Program-made: the position numbers and the translations under genes
Part shown: positions 10,451 to 19,669 of the stretch, piece after piece
Numbering within the stretch: the first letter of the stretch is position 1
Layout of the letters: each line of letters starts with the position of its first letter
Assembly (NCBI GenBank): GCA_963779755.1
Contig: CAVZZO010000001.1
Span: 1,216,001 to 1,280,000 of the forward strand
Length of the DNA stretch: 64,000 bases
Reading direction: 5' to 3'
DNA from: an uncultured Gemmatimonadales bacterium
GTDB taxonomy: Bacteria; Gemmatimonadota; Gemmatimonadetes; Gemmatimonadales; GWC2-71-9
Notes under the pieces: generated by a model
Database searches by the model: none
Seen by the model: the letters and a program-made list of their open reading frames with translations, nothing else
Told to the model about the DNA's origin: nothing

Positions 10451-11428
10451 ATGCGCGTTACGGTCCTGACCTATCTCGACAGCAGCAACGAGGCGTCCAC
10501 CCGCTACGATCCGGTGGTCCGCCAGGTGGCGGGCGCGCTGCGCAAGCTGGGCCACCGGGTGAGCATCTTCGGCGTGCATGGCGACATCCGGAGGCTCATT
10601 TCGGGCCTGCGGCGCCGCCGGCCCGATCTGGTGTTCAACCTGGTCGAGATGTTCGGCGACAACATGTTCGGCGATATTCCCGTGGCCGGCGTGATGGACC
10701 TGCTGGGCATCCGCTACACCGGCTGCGGGCCAGGCGAGTTCTATCTCACCCAGGACAAGGCCCTCACCAAGAAGATCCTCGCCTTCCACAATATCCTGTA
10801 TCCCCGTTTCGCGGTGTTCTCGCGCGACGCCGATTTCGAAACCGGCGGCAATCTGCGGATGCCGCTTTTCGTCAAGCCGTTGCGGGCCGATTCCAGCATC
10901 GGCATCGACCAGAAGTCCCTGGTGACCGATGCGGTCACCCTGATGAAACAAGTCAAGACCATCCACCAGGACCTGGATGACGATGCCCTGGCGGAGGAGT
11001 ACATCGAGGGGCGGGAGTTCTATGTCGGGGTGCTGGGGAATCAGGTGGCGTCCGTGCTGCCGCCGGTGGAGCTGGATTTTACCGGATTCCCGCCGGGCCA
11101 GCCCAAAGTGCTGGACAGCAAGGCCAAGTGGGATACCAAGAGCCGGGAGTACAAGGGGACCAGGGCCGTCATCGCCACCCTGCCGGACGAGCTGCGGGCC
11201 CGGCTCCAGCGGGTATCGCTCGATGCCTATCGCGCCTTGCGGGTGCGCGACTACGGCCGGGTGGATCTCCGGCTCACCGACACCGGCGATATCTACGTGC
11301 TGGAGGTGAACGCCAGCTGCTATCTGGAACGCGGCGCCGAGTTCGCCATGGCGGCCGCGGCTTCGGGAATGGACTATACCACCATGGTCGGGCGGATCCT
11401 GGAGCTGGCGGGGGAGCGGGCGCGGTAG
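10451..11428 (+). CDS. D-Ala-D-Ala ligase-like ATP-grasp enzyme (non-canonical)
   Basis: DLVFNL, YTG, DKALTK, FVKP...SS.GI, EEYIEGREF, GRVDLR, LEVN. Confidence 0.8.
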   Translation: MRVTVLTYLDSSNEASTRYDPVVRQVAGALRKLGHRVSIFGVHGDIRRLISGLRRRRPDLVFNLVEMFGDNMFGDIPVAGVMDLLGIRYTGCGPGEFYLTQDKALTKKILAFHNILYPRFAVFSRDADFETGGNLRMPLFVKPLRADSSIGIDQKSLVTDAVTLMKQVKTIHQDLDDDALAEEYIEGREFYVGVLGNQVASVLPPVELDFTGFPPGQPKVLDSKAKWDTKSREYKGTRAVIATLPDELRARLQRVSLDAYRALRVRDYGRVDLRLTDTGDIYVLEVNASCYLERGAEFAMAAAASGMDYTTMVGRILELAGERAR

Positions 11429-11466
11429 GGCAACGCCGGGTGGCAGAGCGGGCGCAAGAGGCGGAA

Positions 11467-12495
11467 TCAGGTGAGGTAGCTTCCCTCCCGTACGTAGTTC
11501 ATGGCCAGCGCGGTGATGAGGGCGGTGAGCGCCAGGATCACCCGCGGCTCCTCGGCGGCCGGGTAGGCCAGGGCCATCCGGTCGGCGCGCTCCACCAGGT
11601 GGCGTACCAGGCGGCGGGTGCGCTCGGGAAAGTGCCCGGTCCACTGGTAGATGCCGGCGGCGAGGTCGGGCTCCAGGCGGCGGAGCAGTGCCGCGGCGGA
11701 AAGCCCGGCCGCCTCCGCGGGCAGGGCCGGCTCGGCGGGAAGGACCACGGCAGTGCGGAGCGCTCCATCCAGCCCCAGCGGCAGGGGCGGCTCCGGCTGC
11801 CGCTGCCGCCGGTACATCTCTTCCAGCGTATAGCCGATTTCTGTCACGTCCTCGTCCAGGTCCTGCGCCACGACCAGGGGCGGGATGTCGCGCAGTTCCC
11901 GGACCCGGCGGTCGCAGTACTCCAGCTTGGCCAGGGCAGCGGGCCACCCGGCGTACTCGGTGCGCCAGTCGTGCTCGGGGGTCATCCAGACGGCAAAGGT
12001 CTCCGACCAGTCCTCGTCCGGGTGCTTCTGCGCGTACCAGCCGGGGAGGTGACGGACATAGCGGCGGCTGAAGGGGCGCGGGCGATATTCTTCCCGGTAG
12101 GGCAGGGTGATGGGCCCGAAAGTCCGCGCCCACTCTTCTTCCTGATAGAGTCGATAGGCGTAATTCACCACGTGCCCCATCTCGTGCCGCAGATAGCGGA
12201 GAATGTCGCTTCGGCCCATGCCCTCCACGTGCCCCGCATGCTCGGCGTGAATGGCGGTCAATTCGGGATGGGCCAGATAGAAGGGAATGGCGACCGCCAC
12301 CGTATCGAAGGGAACCCCCCATTCGGTGGAGAGATAGAACCGGGGGCGGAGATACCTGAGCCCCAGGGCCAGCAGCTCGCCCTCGAATTCGGCCAGGATG
12401 GGCTCCAGCCGGGTGCCCTCGATGGTGAGGCCCAGGTCCCGGATCGGGGTGGACCAGAGAGAGGCCTCGTGCGGGGGTGTGGGTGAAACGGGCAT
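11467..12495 (-). CDS. Putative zinc-binding metallopeptidase (Peptidase_Mx-like)
   Basis: LRHEMGH and YAQKHPDEDWSETFAVW; start placed at ATG 12495 (uncertain). Confidence 0.8.
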   Translation of the reverse strand: MPVSPTPPHEASLWSTPIRDLGLTIEGTRLEPILAEFEGELLALGLRYLRPRFYLSTEWGVPFDTVAVAIPFYLAHPELTAIHAEHAGHVEGMGRSDILRYLRHEMGHVVNYAYRLYQEEEWARTFGPITLPYREEYRPRPFSRRYVRHLPGWYAQKHPDEDWSETFAVWMTPEHDWRTEYAGWPAALAKLEYCDRRVRELRDIPPLVVAQDLDEDVTEIGYTLEEMYRRQRQPEPPLPLGLDGALRTAVVLPAEPALPAEAAGLSAAALLRRLEPDLAAGIYQWTGHFPERTRRLVRHLVERADRMALAYPAAEEPRVILALTALITALAMNYVREGSYLT

Positions 12496-12620
12496 GGTGG
12501 ATGTATAGACAGGCCGGGGTCCTCCGGGCAAAGTCCCGGCCGGCAGCGGTGTGCCTTCGTGCCTTCTGCGCCCTCCGTGTGAGCGATAGCTGGACTCACT
12601 CGTGCCACGGGTAAAACCTG

Positions 12621-13799
12621 ATGACAGACCCCGATCAGTCCGCACGCATCCCTCCCCGGGTCAAGGGCCTCTCGCTCGTCTCGCTCTTCAACGACTTCGC
12701 GAGCGAGATGGTCTATCCCCTTCTCCCGGCGTTCGTCACCAGCACCCTGGGTGCGGGGGCGGTGGCCCTGGGGGCGCTGGATGGGGCGGCGGATCTTGCC
12801 TCGTCGCTGCTCAAGTGGGTGAGCGGGCGCCTGGCCGACCGGCCCGGCTGGCGCAAGCCGCTGATCCTGGGGGGCTACCTGCTGGCGGTGGCACTGCGGC
12901 CGGTGATGGCCCTGGCTTCAAGCGCCTGGCAGGTGATCGGGCTCCGGGTGGGCGACCGGATCGGGAAGGGATTCCGGGGGCCGCCGAGGGACGCATTGAT
13001 CGCCGATGTGACGCCAGCGGCCTCGCGGGGGCGCTCCTTCGGCTTCCAGCGCGGGGCGGATCATTTCGGGGCGGTGCTGGGGAGCCTGGTGGCCTGGTGG
13101 CTGCTGCGGGTGCACATGCCGGTCCGCGACGTGCTGGCGTGGAGCGCGGCGCCGGGTGCGGTGGCGTTCGTCGTGCTGTTCTTTGTGCTGCGCGGCTACC
13201 GTGCCCGCAGCGTGGCCCAGCGGGCGGCCACGGCCGAGCACCGGGATGCCACGGGCCGGGTATTCTGGGGACCGGTGCTGCTGCTGGCGGCGCTTACCCT
13301 GTTCCGGCTGCCGGAGACGCTGCTGCTCCTGCGGCTGCAGGACCTGGGCGTGGCGATCCCGCTGGTGCCGCTGGTCTGGGCCGGACTGCACGTGGTGCGG
13401 ACGGCTGGGTCGTATCCCGGCGGATGGCTGAGCGACCGGATCGGGCCCCGGATCACCGAGGCGCTGGGGGGTGCCACATTCGCCGCCGTGGTGTTCCTGC
13501 TGGGGCTGCCGTTGCACTACGCGGTCGCGATCACCGTCTTTCTCTCGCTCGGCCTGGTTGCCGGGCTTACCGAGGCGGCGGAGCGGTCGCTGGTGGCGAG
13601 CCTCTCGCCGGTCAGAACCGGCCGCGGCTTCGGGGCCTACCATGCGGTGACCGGCCTGGCGGCGCTGCCGGCGGGCCTGGCCTTCGGAGAGCTGTACCAG
13701 CGGGTGAGCGGCCATACCGCCGCCTGGGCCTCGGCGGCGGCGATGACGGTGACGGTGATGGTGTGGCTGGGGTTCGTCGTGCGCGGCAGTTCCAGGTAA
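12621..13799 (+). CDS. MFS transporter
   Basis: About 12 hydrophobic segments; SGRLADR, DRIGKGFR..PRDALIAD, GWLSDRIG. Confidence 0.9.
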   Translation: MTDPDQSARIPPRVKGLSLVSLFNDFASEMVYPLLPAFVTSTLGAGAVALGALDGAADLASSLLKWVSGRLADRPGWRKPLILGGYLLAVALRPVMALASSAWQVIGLRVGDRIGKGFRGPPRDALIADVTPAASRGRSFGFQRGADHFGAVLGSLVAWWLLRVHMPVRDVLAWSAAPGAVAFVVLFFVLRGYRARSVAQRAATAEHRDATGRVFWGPVLLLAALTLFRLPETLLLLRLQDLGVAIPLVPLVWAGLHVVRTAGSYPGGWLSDRIGPRITEALGGATFAAVVFLLGLPLHYAVAITVFLSLGLVAGLTEAAERSLVASLSPVRTGRGFGAYHAVTGLAALPAGLAFGELYQRVSGHTAAWASAAAMTVTVMVWLGFVVRGSSR

Positions 13800-13804
13800 C
13801 TGCG

Positions 13805-14026
13805 AACCGCGAAGGCGCGAAGGATGCGCGAAGGGCGCGAAGGACTGCTGCTATTTGGGGGGCCTGTGCCTGGCTTCGGCCATACACCACTGGCGGTTGA
13901 ATTCGGTTACACCAACGGCTCTCTTCGCGTTCTTGGCGCCTTCGCGGTTGACTCTTGCAGTCGGGGCTGGGACGCGACCTTCAGGTTCAGGCAACTGCCA
14001 ACCGCTCTCTTGGCGCCTTCGCGGTT
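13805..14026. repeat. REP/MITE-like element: AACCGCGAAGGCGC with two inverted copies
   Basis: 13805-13818 is the exact reverse complement of 13936-13949 and of 14013-14026; lies between convergent genes. Confidence 0.75.
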
Positions 14027-14236
14027 TCAACAGCAGCGGGTCGGCCCGTCGCCGTATTTCGACGCGACGAACTCCTCGAAGAACTCCCGTTCGCTCAGCA
14101 CCGGCCGGCCCGGATGGGCCTCCCGCATGTGCCGCAGGTAGGCCTCGTAATCCGGCATCCCCGCGACGCGCTTGAGGACCGAGCGGAACCCTCGACCCCC
14201 TCGACCCTCTCGACCCTCTCGACCCTCACGAGACAT
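14027..14236 (-). CDS. YbdD/YjiX family small protein (CstA-associated)
   Basis: GMPDYEAYLRHM...HP...LSEREFF.....KY....RCC; immediately after cstA. Confidence 0.88.
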   Translation of the reverse strand: MSREGREGREGRGGRGFRSVLKRVAGMPDYEAYLRHMREAHPGRPVLSEREFFEEFVASKYGDGPTRCC

Positions 14237-16259
14237 AAGCCGTCTCCACGAACGGCGCCTCTCTCACTACCGGCTCCTTGCGCTGCAGTAACACCAGGAA
14301 CCACTCCCTTACCGACATCACCACCACCAGCACCACCACCGCCATGAAGAGGCCGGCGAGAACGGCGTTCAGCCGGTCGTTGAAAATCAGCCGGGCGCCG
14401 GTGACGGCGGCCACGGTGCCGGCCGCGATCTGCTGGGCCACCTGGGCCGCGTGCGAGAGGAAACCCAGGCGCGGGTCGGCCGAGTAGATCTTCTGCCAGC
14501 CGGCAGTGAGCGTCACCACCAGGAGCCATATCAGCGGAATGATGGTGGTCCAGGCATACCGGGCCCGGCCCATCTTGATGATGATGGTGGTCCCTACGCA
14601 GAGCGCGATGGCCGCCAGCAGCTGGTTGCTGATGCCAAAGAGGGGCCAGAGGGAGTTGATGCCGCCCAGGGGGTCGAGGACGCCCTGCACCAGGAACCAG
14701 CCCCAGCCGGTCACCACCAGCGCCGAGCTCAGCAGCACGCCGGGATACCAGCTGGTGCGGCCCAGCGGCTTCCAGACGTAGCCGCCCAGCTCCTGCAGCA
14801 TGAACCGCCCCACCCGGGTGCCCGTATCCACGGTGGTCAGAATGAACAACGCCTCGAACATGATGGCGAAGTGGTACCAGAGGGCGGTCAGGCTCCGGCC
14901 AAAGGCCCCCCCGAAGATGTGCGCCATGCCGAGGGCCAGCGAGGGGGCACCGCCGGTCCTGGCCAGCAGCGACGATTCGCCCACCGACGCGGCCAGCGCC
15001 TGCATCTGCTGCGGGGTCACCGCGAAGCCCCACTGCCGCACCGTCTCGGCCGCGGTCTGGAGCGTGCCGCCCAGGGCGCCGATCGGCGCGTTCACCGCGA
15101 AGTAGACCCCGGGATCGAGCACGGCGGCGGCGCAGATCGCCATCACCGCGACGAAGCTCTCCATCAGCATGCCGCCGTAGCCGATGAGACGGGCGTCGCC
15201 CTCCCGCCGCAGCATCTTGGGCGTGGTGCCCGAAGCCACCAGGGCGTGGAACCCGCTCACCGCCCCGCAGGCGATGGTGATGAACGCGAAGGGAAAGAGC
15301 TTGCCGGCGAAGATGGGTCCGGTGCCGTCCACGAACCGGGTGACCGCCGGCAGCTTGAGCGGCGGCAGCAGGACCAGGATGCCTACCGCCAGCAGCATGA
15401 TGGTGCCCACCTTCATGAAGGTGCTGAGGTAGTCCCGGGGACAGAGCAGCATCCACACCGGCAGCACGCTGGCGATGAACCCGTAGGCGATCATCCAGCC
15501 CGCGATGGTCGTTGCCTTGAGGGTGAAGAGGGGGCCCAGCACGGGCGAGGCCGCCACGTAGCGGCCGGCCACCAGCGCTGCCAGCAGCAGGATGATCCCC
15601 GCCGCCGAGGCCTCCAGGGTCTTCCCGGGTCGCCAGACCTTCATCCAGAAGCCCATGAGGAGGGCGATGGGCACGGTGCACGCGATGGTGAAGACCCCCC
15701 ACGGGCTCCCCTTCAGGGCGTTCACGACCACCAGCGCCAGCACGGCCAGCAGGATGATCATGATGGCCAGGATGGCGGCCATGGTGAGGAGGCCGGTGAC
15801 CGGGCCGATCTCCTCCTTGGCCATCTGGCCCAGCGATTTCCCGTCGCGCCGGAGCGAGGCGAAGAGAATCACGAAATCCTGCACGGCGCCGCCCAGCACC
15901 ACCCCGAAGACGATCCAGATGGTCCCCGGCAGGTAGCCGAATTGCGCGGCCAGCACCGGGCCCACCAGTGGCCCGGCCCCCGCGATGGCGGCGAAGTGGT
16001 GCCCGAAGAGGACCCAACGCTGGGTGGGCACGAAATCACGGCCGTTCTCCAGCCGCTCGGCGGGGGTGGCCCGGCGGTCGTCCAGGGAGAAGACCCGGCG
16101 GGCCAGGAAGCGGCTGTAAAAGCGATAGCCCACCAGATAGGTCCCCACCGCGGCAAGCACCAGCCAGGCGGCGCTGATGGTCTCGCCCCGGTGGAGCGCC
16201 AGGACGGCCCAGGCGGCAGCCCCGGCGAGGGAGAGGAGGGCCCAGAAGATGGCGGACAT
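14226..16259 (-). CDS. cstA: Carbon starvation protein A (peptide/pyruvate transporter)
   Basis: TPAERL..GRDFVPT, GHHFAAIAGAGPLVGP, PRDYLS, IACGAVSGFHAL, LWPLFGISNQLLA. Confidence 0.96.
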   Translation of the reverse strand: MSAIFWALLSLAGAAAWAVLALHRGETISAAWLVLAAVGTYLVGYRFYSRFLARRVFSLDDRRATPAERLENGRDFVPTQRWVLFGHHFAAIAGAGPLVGPVLAAQFGYLPGTIWIVFGVVLGGAVQDFVILFASLRRDGKSLGQMAKEEIGPVTGLLTMAAILAIMIILLAVLALVVVNALKGSPWGVFTIACTVPIALLMGFWMKVWRPGKTLEASAAGIILLLAALVAGRYVAASPVLGPLFTLKATTIAGWMIAYGFIASVLPVWMLLCPRDYLSTFMKVGTIMLLAVGILVLLPPLKLPAVTRFVDGTGPIFAGKLFPFAFITIACGAVSGFHALVASGTTPKMLRREGDARLIGYGGMLMESFVAVMAICAAAVLDPGVYFAVNAPIGALGGTLQTAAETVRQWGFAVTPQQMQALAASVGESSLLARTGGAPSLALGMAHIFGGAFGRSLTALWYHFAIMFEALFILTTVDTGTRVGRFMLQELGGYVWKPLGRTSWYPGVLLSSALVVTGWGWFLVQGVLDPLGGINSLWPLFGISNQLLAAIALCVGTTIIIKMGRARYAWTTIIPLIWLLVVTLTAGWQKIYSADPRLGFLSHAAQVAQQIAAGTVAAVTGARLIFNDRLNAVLAGLFMAVVVLVVVMSVREWFLVLLQRKEPVVREAPFVETAYVS

Positions 16260-16273
16260 GGTTGAGTAATATG

Positions 16274-16412
16274 GACGGCAGGGCGGCAGGACGGCAGGAC
16301 GGCCCTGAAGGACTTCCTCGCGGCCTCGCTTGGAGGGCCGCTCGGTCGCAGGACGGCAAGGGGCAGGTGGTGGCCCGCTGGCTGGGATCCTCAGTCCTCA
16401 GTCCTCGGTCCT
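16274..16412. repeat. GGCAGGAC octamer and CTCAGTC heptamer repeats in the cstA/SDR divergent region
   Basis: gacggcagggcggcaggacggcaggacgg; tcctcagtcctcagtcctcggtcct. Confidence 0.7.
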
Positions 16413-16463
16413 TTTCTCTCTCTTCTTGCCCCCCCTCCCGCCGCGCCCTACCTTGAATCCCCT

Positions 16464-17330
16464 ATGTCTCCGCCTCCGCCCGACTTCGGCGCCGACCCCG
16501 GCTGGGAGAACGTCCCCCGTCGCAGCGGGGAGGCGGTGCTGGAGCAGCCTCAGCCCGAGCCGATCTCCCCCGGATTCCGGAACAAGGTGGCCATGGTGAC
16601 CGGTGGGGCCACCGGGTTGGGCCGGGCCATCTGTCTCGAATTCGGGCGGTTGGGCTGCAAGGTGGCGTTCTGCTTCGTGGACCTCCCGGGCCGCGATGTC
16701 ACCGAACAAGCCCTGCTCACCGAGACCTCGCTCACCAGCATGGGGTGCGCCGTGCACGCCTGCCGCTGCGATGTGCGCGACCGCCAGGCGGTCGAGCGCT
16801 TCGTGAGCGAAACCAGGAACCGGTTGGGCGGGGTCCATTTTCTGGTGAACAACGCCGGCATCGCGCATGACGGCGCGCTCTGGCGGCTCACCATGGCGGC
16901 CTGGGAATCCGTGATGCAGACCAACGTGACCGGCGCGTTCAACTGCATCGGGGCGGTGTCCTCGGTCTTCCGGGAGCAGCACTACGGGAAGATTGTCAGC
17001 ATCAGCGCCCACCAGGCGGAGCGTCCCGGCTTCGGGGTCTCGAGCTACGCGGCGAGCAAGGCCGCGCTGGGCGGCCTCACCCGCGCGGCGGCGGTGGAGC
17101 TCGGGCCTGCCGGCGTCAATGTCAACGCGGTGGCTCCCGGATTCATCCGGACCGAGCGCATGGCGATGCTGCCGCGGGACGTCATCAACCGGGCCCAGCG
17201 GCGCAGCGTCCTGGGACGGCTGGCCGAGCCGGAAGATGTCGCGCACGTGGTGTCCTTCCTCTGCTCCGATGAGGCCCGTCACATCACCGGGCAGACCATC
17301 TCCGTCGACGGCGGCTACGCGCTGGAATAG
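16464..17330 (+). CDS. SDR family oxidoreductase (FabG-like)
   Basis: TGGATGLG, LVNNAGI, YAASK, VNAVAPGFI.T, ITGQTISVDGG. Confidence 0.92.
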   Translation: MSPPPPDFGADPGWENVPRRSGEAVLEQPQPEPISPGFRNKVAMVTGGATGLGRAICLEFGRLGCKVAFCFVDLPGRDVTEQALLTETSLTSMGCAVHACRCDVRDRQAVERFVSETRNRLGGVHFLVNNAGIAHDGALWRLTMAAWESVMQTNVTGAFNCIGAVSSVFREQHYGKIVSISAHQAERPGFGVSSYAASKAALGGLTRAAAVELGPAGVNVNAVAPGFIRTERMAMLPRDVINRAQRRSVLGRLAEPEDVAHVVSFLCSDEARHITGQTISVDGGYALE

Positions 17331-17388
17331 ATCCACGGATTACCCGGATTCGCCTTCCCGCCGGTTCCCGGCTCCTCGAGAACGGGAA

Positions 17389-17539
17389 CCGCAGATTACG
17401 CAGATTGGTCTCCTTGACCGGGCGACACTCCGATGCCGGCCCGAGCAACCCACACGAACAGGGCAGTGGTTGTCTGGTGGCTGACCGGCGAAGCTCAGCA
17501 GAGCGCCGCCGGCCACAAGAGCATCTGCGTAATCTGCGG
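17389..17539. repeat. Perfect 17-bp inverted repeat CCGCAGATTACGCAGAT / ATCTGCGTAATCTGCGG
   Basis: Arms at 17389-17405 and 17523-17539; degenerate outer copies near 17335-17350 and 17604-17620. Confidence 0.8.
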
Positions 17540-17719
17540 ATAGACGTCAGGGAGACGCGCTCGGGCGAGGACCTGCGGCCCGGCGCCCGGCGACTAACTA
17601 CCTCTGTGTAATCGGCGGATTCCGATTAGCTTCCCGGGTCCGCGGACCGCCAGTGCGGCGCGCGGTTCGCGGCCGGAAGTTGTTACATGCCAATAGCTTT
17701 GCCGCAACGCGAGGATTGC

Positions 17720-18361
17720 GTGCCCCACCGATCGGCCCTGATCGTTGCCCTCCTGCTCACCGCCTGCGGAGGTGGCGCCTCGCGCGGTGCCCCCGGCCAG
17801 GAACCCAAGCCCGAGGTCGAGGCTCGCGCCCTGTACACCACGCCGCTTTCCGGCCAGACCATCTCCGTTCTCCCGCTCACCATGGTGCTGGTGAGCGATT
17901 CGCTGCGGCAGGAGGATCTGCTGAGCAGCCGGGAGCGAACGCTGCCCTGGGTGGACTCGGTGCTGGGACAGACGCTGGAGAACCGGGCCTCCGAGGTGAA
18001 GTGGGTACTGCCGCCGGCCCTGCGCCGCATCGCGAAACGCGCGCCCGGCATTGCGCCCGATCCCGACCGTATGGGACAGGCCATCATGCGGGCGCCCAAG
18101 CTGGAGATTCTGCCCGATCCGCTGCGGGCATATGCGCGGGACATGGTCGCCCTGGCCGGGGGCCGCATGGTGCTGATTCCCTCGATCGTGACGTTCGACC
18201 AGCCGCAGCCCGGCACGGTGCGGGCCCGGCTGGCGATGGTGCTGGCCGATGTGCGGACGGCCAAGGTGATCTGGCGGACGCTGGCGCCCGGCACCGGCTC
18301 GACGCCGGGGACGGCCCTGGAGGCGGCGCTCCGGACGGTTCTCCCGGTGGAGATGGAGTAG
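17720..18361 (+). CDS. Hypothetical lipoprotein
   Basis: GTG after GAGG; lipobox LTAC; stop 2 nt before the next ATG. Confidence 0.7.
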   Translation: MPHRSALIVALLLTACGGGASRGAPGQEPKPEVEARALYTTPLSGQTISVLPLTMVLVSDSLRQEDLLSSRERTLPWVDSVLGQTLENRASEVKWVLPPALRRIAKRAPGIAPDPDRMGQAIMRAPKLEILPDPLRAYARDMVALAGGRMVLIPSIVTFDQPQPGTVRARLAMVLADVRTAKVIWRTLAPGTGSTPGTALEAALRTVLPVEME

Positions 18362-18363
18362 GC

Positions 18364-19380
18364 ATGGACGTCGAATGCACCCTGATCCCGGGCGACGGTA
18401 TCGGCCCGGAAATCACCCGGGCCACGCGGCAGGTCCTGGAGGCCACCGGCATCCGCTTCATCTGGGACGAGCAGCTGGCCGGCATGGCCGCGGTCGAAGC
18501 GGCCGGCACGCCGTTGCCCGATGCGACGCTCGACAGCATCCGCCGTACCCGCCTGGCCCTGAAGGGGCCGCTCACCACGCCGGTAGGTACCGGCTTCCGG
18601 TCGGTGAACGTCGCGCTGCGGAAAGAGTTCGAGCTCTTCGCCAACATCCGGCCCGCGTGCAGCATGATGCCGGGCGGCCGGTACGACGGGATCGATATCG
18701 TCCTGGTGCGGGAGAATCTCGAGGGACTCTACATCGGGGTGGAGCACTTCGTGCGCATCGGCGAGGATCCCCGCGCCGTGGCCGAGTCGCTGGCCATCGT
18801 CACCCGCGAAGGATGTGAGCGTATCGTGCGATACGCCTTCGAGTACGCGGTGCAGCGGTGCCGCCGCAAGGTCACCATCGTGCACAAGGCCAACATCCTG
18901 AAGATGGTGAGCGGCCTCTTCCTCGAGGTGGGACGGCAGGTGGCGAAGGAGTACGCCGGGCGGATCGAATCCGGCGACATGATCGTGGACAACGCCGCCA
19001 TGCAGCTGGTGCTCCGGCCGGAGCAGTTCGACGTCATGGTAACGACCAACATGTTCGGCGACATCCTGAGCGACGAAGTGAGCGGCCTGGTGGGAGGGCT
19101 GGGGCTGGCGCCCGGCGCCAATATCGGGACCGGCGCGGCCGTCTTCGAGGCGGTGCACGGGTCCGCGCCCGACATTGCGGGCCAGAACGTCGCGAACCCC
19201 TCGGCCCAGATCCTGGCCGCGGCGCTGATGCTGGACCATCTGGGCCGGGTGGAGGACGGAGAGCGGGTGCGCCGGGCGGTGCGCGGGGCGATTGTCGAGG
19301 ACAACGTGCGGACCCGCGACCTGGGCGGGACCGCTTCCACCGCCGACTTCGGCGCGGCCGTTGCTCGCCGGGTTGCCTGA
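18364..19380 (+). CDS. Isocitrate/isopropylmalate dehydrogenase family protein (NAD-IDH-like)
   Basis: [60 protein letters not shown]. Confidence 0.92.
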   Translation: MDVECTLIPGDGIGPEITRATRQVLEATGIRFIWDEQLAGMAAVEAAGTPLPDATLDSIRRTRLALKGPLTTPVGTGFRSVNVALRKEFELFANIRPACSMMPGGRYDGIDIVLVRENLEGLYIGVEHFVRIGEDPRAVAESLAIVTREGCERIVRYAFEYAVQRCRRKVTIVHKANILKMVSGLFLEVGRQVAKEYAGRIESGDMIVDNAAMQLVLRPEQFDVMVTTNMFGDILSDEVSGLVGGLGLAPGANIGTGAAVFEAVHGSAPDIAGQNVANPSAQILAAALMLDHLGRVEDGERVRRAVRGAIVEDNVRTRDLGGTASTADFGAAVARRVA

Positions 19381-19669
19381 GGCGCCCTGTGCGCGCTGCG
19401 GCCGGCGGGTGCCGGGGCTCGCCTGGGGCGGCCTCTGCCCCGACTGCACCCGCCTGCGGAAGCGGCGGGCCGATAAACTGGGGCGGCGCATTGCCCTGGC
19501 CGCGGCGCTGCTGATGGGCCTGTACGCCATCCTGCGGGTGCCGGAAGATCCCATGGCGCGGATCTATGCGGCCATCGCGGTGGTGGCCACCTACATCATC
19601 GTCGGGCGGATCGCGAGCCGCGTAGCCATGGACTTCCTGCCCGCGGAGAAGGAGGAAAAGCCGCAATGA
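19373..19669 (+). CDS. Small membrane protein with N-terminal CxxC...CxxC and two TM helices (start uncertain)
   Basis: CARC...LCPDC then two hydrophobic helices; overlaps both neighbours. Confidence 0.6.
   Translation: MPEAPCARCGRRVPGLAWGGLCPDCTRLRKRRADKLGRRIALAAALLMGLYAILRVPEDPMARIYAAIAVVATYIIVGRIASRVAMDFLPAEKEEKPQ

Noticed and set aside
10451..11428. Vancomycin-resistance ligase (VanA/B type) or housekeeping ddl
   Set aside because: Lacks the GGxSxE motif shared by Ddl and Van ligases, and there are no vanH/vanX or mur neighbours.
14000..14035. Selenocysteine read-through of the ybdD TGA (a hairpin AACCGC...GCGGTT follows it on the minus strand)
   Set aside because: The protein already ends in the family-typical RCC before the TGA, and the hairpin belongs to the adjacent repeat element.
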